This document shows, piece after piece, positions 57,035 through 64,000 of a stretch of 64,000 nt of DNA; within the stretch, counting starts at the first letter, position 1; each line of letters begins with the position of its first letter. The notes below the pieces were generated by a model. It saw nothing but the letters and a program-made list of their open reading frames with translations. It did no database searches and was not told the origin of the DNA. The stretch comes from a virus. Taxonomy: Duplodnaviria; Caudoviricetes. The stretch spans positions 1-64,000 of IMG/VR virus record IMGVR_UViG_3300044267_003893; one strand, written 5' to 3'. The translations under genes were made by a program, and so were the position numbers.

Positions 57035-57067
57035 AAAAAAAGAGCCCCAGATGAATATCTAGGGCTC
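57035..57067 (-). terminator. Intrinsic (rho-independent) terminator
   Basis: Minus strand GAGCCCTAGAT-ATTC-ATCTGGGGCTC-TTTTTTT: 11-bp stem with one G-U pair and a U-tract, about 45 nt after the stop at 57113. Confidence 0.85.
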
Positions 57068-57112
57068 AAGCGGTTTGTAGAGTAAAACCAACAAAAAATC
57101 TCTACTTCCTCG

Positions 57113-57751
57113 CTATGGAATTGTTACATATAATATTACTGATGCCGGATCATATGTATTAATTGTATCATTTGGACCTGGACCAGTTGTAATAAATTTT
57201 AATTTATAAGTTGTACCTGAAACCATTGAATTATTAAGAATTAATCTAAATGTGTTATTCATCATAGGATTTCCTGAATTAAAACTTTGCCATTCTTGCC
57301 AATCATCTGTACCATCAGTTGCAAACCAAAGTCTCATATCTGTTATATTAGATGAAAAATCATAATATATAATATCTATAAGATCTTTTGTTACTTGGCT
57401 TATATAGAAATTTTTAACCATATATGGATATGCTGTTGGATCACTTTGTGCTAATGCTAATTTTTGTAGAAAATGATCTAATCTTTCACCTTTGTTCATA
57501 CATACTTCTACTGCAGAATATAGATCATCTTGTCCATCAGGTCCTCCCCAATCTGTTACTTGTATATTTGTACACCATTTATTTTGTTGATGACAATTTC
57601 TTACACATTCAGAACACGTTACTTCACTACACGGTTCTGAAGGAGTTCTACAAGTAGAATCTCCATATACTGCATTTGCAGGTATTGTATAGGAAGTACC
57701 TGCACAATTACATGTATTAGGTGTAGAACAAGTTCCGTTTTTACAAGCCAT
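57113..57751 (-). CDS. Cys-rich putative structural (fibre-associated) protein
   Basis: 212 aa. N-terminal Cys cluster PCSEVTCSECV...CMNKGERLDHFLQKL and a C-terminal Fn3-like strand GTTYKLKFITT. Confidence 0.6.
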   Translation of the reverse strand: MACKNGTCSTPNTCNCAGTSYTIPANAVYGDSTCRTPSEPCSEVTCSECVRNCHQQNKWCTNIQVTDWGGPDGQDDLYSAVEVCMNKGERLDHFLQKLALAQSDPTAYPYMVKNFYISQVTKDLIDIIYYDFSSNITDMRLWFATDGTDDWQEWQSFNSGNPMMNNTFRLILNNSMVSGTTYKLKFITTGPGPNDTINTYDPASVILYVTIP

Positions 57752-57770
57752 TTTTTTTAATTTTTAATTA

Positions 57771-60700
57771 TTAACAATCTGCTACATATTTTATATTAAC
57801 CCAATAAATACCAGTAGTAGCTCCATCTCTATCATATTGTGCAACTCTTCTAACTGAATTTGTAGTAGCAGCTCCATGTTGTGCATAATATGCTCCATCT
57901 ACTGGCTGATCAGTTACAGCTCCAGCATTTCCTCCTGCTGCAGATAAATAAGCTGGTACACTTGGATCAAATTGAACTCCTGTTGTATTATATAAGTTTA
58001 TACAATTACTTGCAGTTACCGCAGCAGTTCCTGCTTTAGTACAATTTGTGGTATCACCTGAATCAGTAGCATATGTTGAAACCGGATCTCCATTAAGTGT
58101 TCCTGACATAATTTGTACAGAATCAGTACCTGTTGGACATTTTGTATCAGTAGTTAATTCCATGCCAGAAGTATCAATACCTGTTACACGCATTATTGCA
58201 TTACCTATAAAGTTTGATTGATCTCCTCCAGAATGTAAATTAGAATCAGTTGTTAAATAACTCTTATCTATAAAAGGAACAACTCTAAATCCATAATTAT
58301 ATAAACCACTAATAGTATTAGATCCACCTACAGTTGTTCCTGTATATGGAACCATTTGAGATGAGTTAGGTCCAATATAACCATCTATATTAATTGGATT
58401 TTTAACACTACCAGTAGGGAATCCTTTTAATCCTGTTTCTGATAATACTGTTCCTGTTAAAGCACCTGCTGTTTGTAATACTGTTGCAGCACTTCCATCT
58501 TGTGATGAAGAAACTATAGGTACCAATACTTGTTTTAAATCAAACTTTTTATATGTACATCCTTGAGCAGTTCCCCAACTAGTTCTTGCAGAACCATTAA
58601 CGTATAATATATCTAATAATTCATCATAATTTTGTTGATACTTAGCAGTAGGTTGTGAACCCCATCCTGCTGATAAAGTTGCACCACCATAATTACCTTT
58701 AGAATTAACATCTCCAATAAAGCAAATTAAGTATACAGTACTTGGTACAGAACCTCCAGATGCCCAATAAGAAGGTAAACTCTTAAATGAAGAATATCCT
58801 GGTGCTACAGTTATACTACCACTTGCTCCATTAGCTTTATCTACCATTGATTTAGTATATTCCATATAATCACCAGAATTACCACCTGCTACAGGTACAT
58901 AATTAATAGTTCCTGTCCATGTTGAACAATTAGATTGAATTAATGTTTTAACTCTTTCCATTTCTGTTTTTATAACAGCTGCTTCATCTTCACTTAATAT
59001 ATTAGTATCAACAAATACAGTAATATCCGTATCTGTATTTTGAACTGTTGAAGCATCAACTATAGGTATTGTTATAGTATTAATAGTTCTATTACCTGGA
59101 TTACCTATAGTACAATCTGTTTCTGCATATACCTCTACAGAATCAATTCCACTAGCTGGACGTGTAGAATTAGGAGTATATTTTAATTGAACAGTTCCTC
59201 CTAAATTAGAATCATATGTTGAATCAGAAGGTAAAACAAAAGAAGTTGTACCACCTAAAGTAGATGTAGCATTCCATGTAATTGGAGTAGTTTGTGTTGA
59301 ATATCCTACTATATCAATAGGGATTCTTAAAGTTTTACTAGCAACTGCATACCATGCATGTCTATCTGGTGCATATGCTTCTGAAGTTGAAATTGTAGAA
59401 GTATCTCCATATTTAGTTCTTACATAAGATGGCTTGCAATCACAACAAAAAACAACTTGATCTATAGTTTTATTGACAGTATTAGCTAAAGCATAAATAT
59501 AATATGTTGTAGCTCCTGCTTTTTTTAGAGATCCTACATATTGCCATCCGTTTTCATTTGAATTCATTGTAGTAGTCATTCCACTAGCTGGATATGCTAC
59601 ATTTCCACAACTTATACTAGTTGTAGGATTATCACTAATAGCTGTTGTATTAAGAACAAAATGACCATCTGTTCCTGTTTCAGTACTATCTGTACCTTTA
59701 TAAACTTCAGGTAATCCTGTAGAAGAATTAAATCCTACTATCCATGCTGTAGTTGTAGCTCCACTTCTATTAGTAGCTAATGTTAATTTTGTAGTACCTA
59801 TACTTGATATTGTTGAAAGATAATCAGAAGATGTTTTACTATAGGATGTACAAGTAGCAGAAGTAGTTGTAAATGTAGTTCTATCACAAGTTGAAATATT
59901 TCCTGATAAACTTGTTGTTTGAACATAAATATCATATTTAGTTCCTGCAATTAATCCAGCTGTTTTTCCAGTTGTAGAAGTTGCTGTTGGTGATTTAATA
60001 GTTTGTTTAGAAATCATACTTCCTGATTGATCCTCAACTATAACTTCATAAGTAGATTTTGAAACAGTACTCATTTTAGTTACACTATATTCTACAGATG
60101 TTTCTCCTGTAGTAGTTAAAGTAACTGTAGGACATGCTGATGAATTTTCTAATGTAAATTCCATAATACGTTCACATTGATGAGAACCATCTGTAAAACA
60201 AAAATCTATTTTTATTTTAAAATTACTATTTAAATCTAATCCTTTACCATTTAAACCTGCAATACTAAAACCTCTAGTATTTGTTAAGTAATTATTAACT
60301 TGTACATAATCTATATAAGTATTAAGAGATGAGTCTTCTACAGTAATTTTTGTTCCTTTTACTTTATCACAATCATAAAATCCATCAGGAATTACCATGC
60401 TTGTAAATAAAAATTTAATACTTGATACAGCTCCTGTTGTTTGATTTTTAACTAAACTTACTTTTGGATCATATGTAAATCCAGTACATCCAGAAGGAGT
60501 TACAGTAGTTTGTAAACTATCAAGTGCTGTTCTCATATCACATATAGTTTTCCATGCATTACTAAATGATTGAGCTAAATTTGATGGTGAAGTATTCCAT
60601 CCTGGAATTGATGTCATGGTACCATTACCACTTAAACGATCTTTAGTATTTAAACCAACACATGAAGCTTTAGAAGCTTTTAAAATTTCTGGAGCAGTTC

Positions 60701-62171
60701 CTAATGCTTGTTTTAATTTACCATAATCTTTTTCTAAGAGTTCTAGGAGTTGATTCATCTCCATTCTTTGACCCTTCTTACCTATATATTTTGGTACAAC
60801 TTTAGGTGGAACGTATGCAGCACCTCCTTTACCTCTTTCTATTTCTCTTATTTGATTTTTAAGTGTTGTAATAATAGGTAGTCTAGCTATGTGAGAATTG
60901 CTAACTCCCGTACCAAATCCTTGACTTTCTCCTACTATTGTAACATCACCTGTATCTACTGTCCCCATTCCTGGTTTAGGAGCACACGAACCATGACTAG
61001 CATTTAATAAACAACATATCTTTTGATTTACAAAATCTGTCCAACCACTATATTGATATTCTTCTACTGTTGTACTAGCATTGTCATCAAAATCACCATA
61101 ATTATCTGGATCATAAGCCCAATTTATTATTTCAGAATAATAATCATCTTCAAGAGTTTGCAAGAACATAGTGTCACCTGCTACAAGTGGGGTATTTTGA
61201 TCTGGATCATTTATGTTGTTATATAAATCACCAACTAATTGTGAACTGCCACTACTAGTATAACCAGTAAAAAAACATTGTGGTAATACCACCTTAATTA
61301 TTCCTGGATCTCCAGGTTCACCTTGTAGACCTTGTTCACCCTGAATAGTTTCTCCTGTAAAAGATGTACCATCACTATATAACCAAGTAAATGTACCATC
61401 ACCATTATCTGTAGTACTTATAATTGTTATACCATCTGCACCTTGTTCTCCTTGTAAACCTTGCTCTCCTTGTAAACCTTGCTCTCCTTGTATACCTTGC
61501 TCTCCTATTGGTCCTTGCCATAAATCAATTACATAAGGCTCATCTCCTGAACAAGTTGTATAAATTAAAAAAGTATTATTATCATTTTGTACAACATTAC
61601 TTATACCACAACCATCTGGCCCAATATCTCCTTGTAATCCTTGTAATCCTTGTAATCCTTGCAATCCTTGTGCACCTTGTGGTCCTTCTGGTCCTTCTGG
61701 TCCTTCTAAACCTTGTAGTCCTTGTTCTCCTTGTAGTCCCTGTTCTCCTTGTGCTCCAGACAAACCCTGCACACCTTGTAAGCCTTGCGGTCCTACAGCT
61801 CCTTGTGGTCCTTGTTGTAATTCTAGTCCATCTATATCTGCTATTATTTCTTGAATAGCATCAATATTAAAATTTACTTGATTTTGTACATTACATAATG
61901 TATAAATTATATCTTGAGTAATTTCTTGAATTGTAGTTCCTGGAGCTTCCTCATCTAAAGTACAAAGTGGTAAAATACCACTTACATCAACAGAAGCTTC
62001 TAATCCATTTTCTATTAAAGAACATATTAATTCAGCAATTTTTGCAATAACAGTGCTTACATTATCACCATTACATACATTAATACAGTTTAAATCTGGC
62101 CCTTGCCAAATAACACATTCAGATGATATAGGATTGCATCCTCTTGTAGCCTGAGTACTTAATGGTAACAT
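57771..62171 (-). CDS. Collagen-repeat fibre protein with a Cys-rich N-terminal domain and an Fn3-like domain
   Basis: 1466 aa. Gly-X-Y blocks of about 22, 9 and 4 triplets. Fn3-like [15 protein letters not shown]. Thr/Ser-rich distal region. Confidence 0.8.
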   Translation of the reverse strand: MLPLSTQATRGCNPISSECVIWQGPDLNCINVCNGDNVSTVIAKIAELICSLIENGLEASVDVSGILPLCTLDEEAPGTTIQEITQDIIYTLCNVQNQVNFNIDAIQEIIADIDGLELQQGPQGAVGPQGLQGVQGLSGAQGEQGLQGEQGLQGLEGPEGPEGPQGAQGLQGLQGLQGLQGDIGPDGCGISNVVQNDNNTFLIYTTCSGDEPYVIDLWQGPIGEQGIQGEQGLQGEQGLQGEQGADGITIISTTDNGDGTFTWLYSDGTSFTGETIQGEQGLQGEPGDPGIIKVVLPQCFFTGYTSSGSSQLVGDLYNNINDPDQNTPLVAGDTMFLQTLEDDYYSEIINWAYDPDNYGDFDDNASTTVEEYQYSGWTDFVNQKICCLLNASHGSCAPKPGMGTVDTGDVTIVGESQGFGTGVSNSHIARLPIITTLKNQIREIERGKGGAAYVPPKVVPKYIGKKGQRMEMNQLLELLEKDYGKLKQALGTAPEILKASKASCVGLNTKDRLSGNGTMTSIPGWNTSPSNLAQSFSNAWKTICDMRTALDSLQTTVTPSGCTGFTYDPKVSLVKNQTTGAVSSIKFLFTSMVIPDGFYDCDKVKGTKITVEDSSLNTYIDYVQVNNYLTNTRGFSIAGLNGKGLDLNSNFKIKIDFCFTDGSHQCERIMEFTLENSSACPTVTLTTTGETSVEYSVTKMSTVSKSTYEVIVEDQSGSMISKQTIKSPTATSTTGKTAGLIAGTKYDIYVQTTSLSGNISTCDRTTFTTTSATCTSYSKTSSDYLSTISSIGTTKLTLATNRSGATTTAWIVGFNSSTGLPEVYKGTDSTETGTDGHFVLNTTAISDNPTTSISCGNVAYPASGMTTTMNSNENGWQYVGSLKKAGATTYYIYALANTVNKTIDQVVFCCDCKPSYVRTKYGDTSTISTSEAYAPDRHAWYAVASKTLRIPIDIVGYSTQTTPITWNATSTLGGTTSFVLPSDSTYDSNLGGTVQLKYTPNSTRPASGIDSVEVYAETDCTIGNPGNRTINTITIPIVDASTVQNTDTDITVFVDTNILSEDEAAVIKTEMERVKTLIQSNCSTWTGTINYVPVAGGNSGDYMEYTKSMVDKANGASGSITVAPGYSSFKSLPSYWASGGSVPSTVYLICFIGDVNSKGNYGGATLSAGWGSQPTAKYQQNYDELLDILYVNGSARTSWGTAQGCTYKKFDLKQVLVPIVSSSQDGSAATVLQTAGALTGTVLSETGLKGFPTGSVKNPINIDGYIGPNSSQMVPYTGTTVGGSNTISGLYNYGFRVVPFIDKSYLTTDSNLHSGGDQSNFIGNAIMRVTGIDTSGMELTTDTKCPTGTDSVQIMSGTLNGDPVSTYATDSGDTTNCTKAGTAAVTASNCINLYNTTGVQFDPSVPAYLSAAGGNAGAVTDQPVDGAYYAQHGAATTNSVRRVAQYDRDGATTGIYWVNIKYVADC
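61611..61811 (-). repeat. Collagen Gly-X-Gln repeat (22 triplets), with smaller blocks at about 61435-61518 and 61303-61345
   Basis: 9-nt periodic ccttgt-type repeats, e.g. (ccttgtaat)x3. Confidence 0.9.
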
Positions 62172-62213
62172 AAATTTCTTTTTTTTATTTTTCTTCTGAA
62201 ATTACTATATATA

Positions 62214-62225
62214 ATAATATACAAA
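62214..62225 (-). promoter_or_regulatory. Candidate phage late-promoter motif (TTTGTATATTAT)
   Basis: In a 74-nt gap, 42 nt upstream of the collagen fibre ATG. Confidence 0.5.
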
Positions 62226-62245
62226 AGATTTAATTAACAACCAAG

Positions 62246-64000
62246 TTATTCACATTTTGATATATTGTTACATTCAGCTTTACTAACTGTAGTATCAATT
62301 ATATTATTATCTGTAATAACTAACTTTATATATTTTTGAGAACACCAACCGGTTGTTTCAAAACAATAACATACATTAATTGTATGATTTGTATTAACTG
62401 ATGCATTTTCTATAGTAGTTTTAAATCTTCCAAATTCATCAGTAAAACCAAAATTTCCTCCATCTAATATTATTTCGTAGTTTGGTATTGGAGTTCCGTT
62501 TTGATTTACAACTTCAATAAATAGAGTTTCTATATCCTCAACACAACTAACTTCAGGATATGGGGTTATTTCTATTTCTGTACTAACCCATTGACCATTA
62601 GAACATGTTTGATTTGGTGCAACACATCCCAACATTGGATGAATCATATCTAATGTTGTTTGATATCCAAGACAAGTAGTTACTGGAGCAGGTATTTGTT
62701 CACAAGAAATATCTTGTCCACCAGCACTTGTTAGAAAAATTAAATTCGTACCTTCAGGACAACAACATGTTGAATTAGTATCTATATCACTAGGATTACA
62801 ATCTACTGGTATTGGTCCGTGACTAATAAATTCAAAAGTATAATTTTCATTTTCATTAAGTGGATCAAAACTACTCCAATTTCCATAAATAAGAAGAGGT
62901 CCTGGTTGAAAAGTTTCTACTTCTGAAGCATTAGGAATAATAGTAAATCCTTCTAAAAGACAGGGAGTATTACTTACACTTGTTCCTTCATCAGAATAAA
63001 CACCAGTAACAAAATTATCACCAGAATCAAGTGTGGCAGTGTATGATGGTTCATAAAAAGTTGTTCCTTGTGCGCAATCATATGAACATGTTCTTTGAAG
63101 TATTGATTTTTCAGCTCCCATTAAACCCCAATTTGCTTGAGGACCACAACCACTCCAGAATATACTATCTATATCTGTTACTCCTATACTCCAAGAAGGC
63201 ATATAAGTTCCAGAAAATATATCAGCATCATCAAGAACAGACTCTGGAGTAGGTAATTCTTCATAATTATTATTTTCATCAATTTCACTAGAATATTTTA
63301 AATCATAAATATTATCTCCATCTACATATACTACAGTTATTGGTCTAGGACCATTCGCTTCACCTCCATTTAATTTAAATGAATTATAATCTTTATTAGT
63401 ATTTCCAAATAAAGTAAGAGCTACTATTAGAGCTTCTCTATTTTCTCCAGTTGCCCCTTCACTTGGTGCTGTACTAAAATGATTATAATCAATATACCAA
63501 ACATCTCCATTTTCATCTGTATATTCTGTTAAACCAACAGTACCATAACCTTCAGTTGGATCATATAATCCAGTTTCATCATCATAAAAATCTTCAGAAG
63601 ACTCTATATAAAAACGCATATTTGGATCGTTATATTTAAACCACGCACCTATTGTACCAGCTTTAGGATGACCTTCTGGATAAGGTTTTAAATAGAATTG
63701 AGCAATAGGAATTTTATAAACAGGTCCATTTGGATCAGGAGAATTGCTTGGATCATAATCAGGATGATCTTGCCATTCATTTATAAAACCAACTGGATCT
63801 ACTGTATAATAAAAAGTAACTTGACCTTCTCCAGACTTTACTGGAAAATGATATAGAGGTTTAAAAAAAAGAGTTCTACTAATATTGATACCACCACCAC
63901 TATTATATCCACTACCTAATGGACCTTCTCCACAATCATTATTATTAAGTTGTTTAGCATTTGGTATAAAAACTTGAGGTTTTGGACAACCATTATTACA
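62246..64000 (-). CDS. Large acidic Cys-rich putative structural protein (partial, begins beyond the right edge)
   Basis: The frame of the track ORF 62246-63619 has no stop through 64000 (CNNGCPKPQVFIPNAK...WFKYNDPN-MRFY), so 63619 is an internal Met. C-terminal VVNQNGTPIPNYEIILDG..FGFTDEFGRF is a carboxypeptidase-regulatory-like beta-sandwich pattern. Confidence 0.75.
   Translation of the reverse strand, partial: CNNGCPKPQVFIPNAKQLNNNDCGEGPLGSGYNSGGGINISRTLFFKPLYHFPVKSGEGQVTFYYTVDPVGFINEWQDHPDYDPSNSPDPNGPVYKIPIAQFYLKPYPEGHPKAGTIGAWFKYNDPNMRFYIESSEDFYDDETGLYDPTEGYGTVGLTEYTDENGDVWYIDYNHFSTAPSEGATGENREALIVALTLFGNTNKDYNSFKLNGGEANGPRPITVVYVDGDNIYDLKYSSEIDENNNYEELPTPESVLDDADIFSGTYMPSWSIGVTDIDSIFWSGCGPQANWGLMGAEKSILQRTCSYDCAQGTTFYEPSYTATLDSGDNFVTGVYSDEGTSVSNTPCLLEGFTIIPNASEVETFQPGPLLIYGNWSSFDPLNENENYTFEFISHGPIPVDCNPSDIDTNSTCCCPEGTNLIFLTSAGGQDISCEQIPAPVTTCLGYQTTLDMIHPMLGCVAPNQTCSNGQWVSTEIEITPYPEVSCVEDIETLFIEVVNQNGTPIPNYEIILDGGNFGFTDEFGRFKTTIENASVNTNHTINVCYCFETTGWCSQKYIKLVITDNNIIDTTVSKAECNNISKCE

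Noticed and set aside
3841-63252. Short antisense or alternate-frame ORFs in the track (e.g. 3841-4221, 4661-5032, 5410-5772, 16606, 18082, 24437, 38468, 46077, 52032, 61424, 63031)
   Set aside because: They lie wholly within better-supported genes and have shadow-like Leu/Ile/Phe-rich composition with no motifs.
62246-63619. Track call of a complete 457-aa protein starting at 63619
   Set aside because: The frame is open upstream to the window edge, so 63619 is an internal Met.
1-64000. Stop-codon reassignment, known in some crAss-like phages
   Set aside because: Very long ORFs are open in the standard code, and TAA, TAG (4038) and TGA (3750) all end genes at tight junctions.
1-64000. tRNA, rRNA, CRISPR array, transposase, integrase or reverse transcriptase
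   Set aside because: Intergenic gaps are all short and AT-rich. No cloverleaf, spaced direct repeats or relevant motifs were seen by eye.

Overview
This 64 kb window is AT-rich, densely coding and shows no sign of stop-codon recoding. It looks like the virion (late) gene region of a large crAss-like (Crassvirales-type) phage, probably infecting a Bacteroidota host. The host call rests on a TTTG-N19-TATATTTG promoter and starts that mostly lack Shine-Dalgarno sites. Nearly all genes are on the minus strand. In transcription order they are: Cys-rich and collagen fibre genes, a metallophosphoesterase, an IHF-like gene, two ring/adaptor-like genes, a 3089-aa muzzle-like protein, a virion peptidoglycan hydrolase, two cargo-like proteins, and three large ejection proteins. 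One ejection protein is 5705 aa and carries the DFDID virion RNA polymerase motif. A plus-strand island (small ORF, class II RNR nrdJ, DUF5522-like ORF) interrupts the block. It is followed by a lectin-like gene and seven small paralogous beta-rich genes. The most unusual signals are: (1) a reprolysin-like metalloprotease and a vWA domain inserted into the muzzle-like protein; (2) a P-loop polynucleotide-kinase-like domain about 25 residues after the RNAP catalytic motif, in a polyprotein that also has a zincin motif; (3) a LysM domain inside a PD-(D/E)XK nuclease in another ejection protein; (4) a 12-nt motif, TTWGTAWATTRT, in six minus-strand upstream positions, a candidate phage late promoter; (5) small genes missed by the ORF track. 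All family assignments come from motif recognition by eye, with no database searches.
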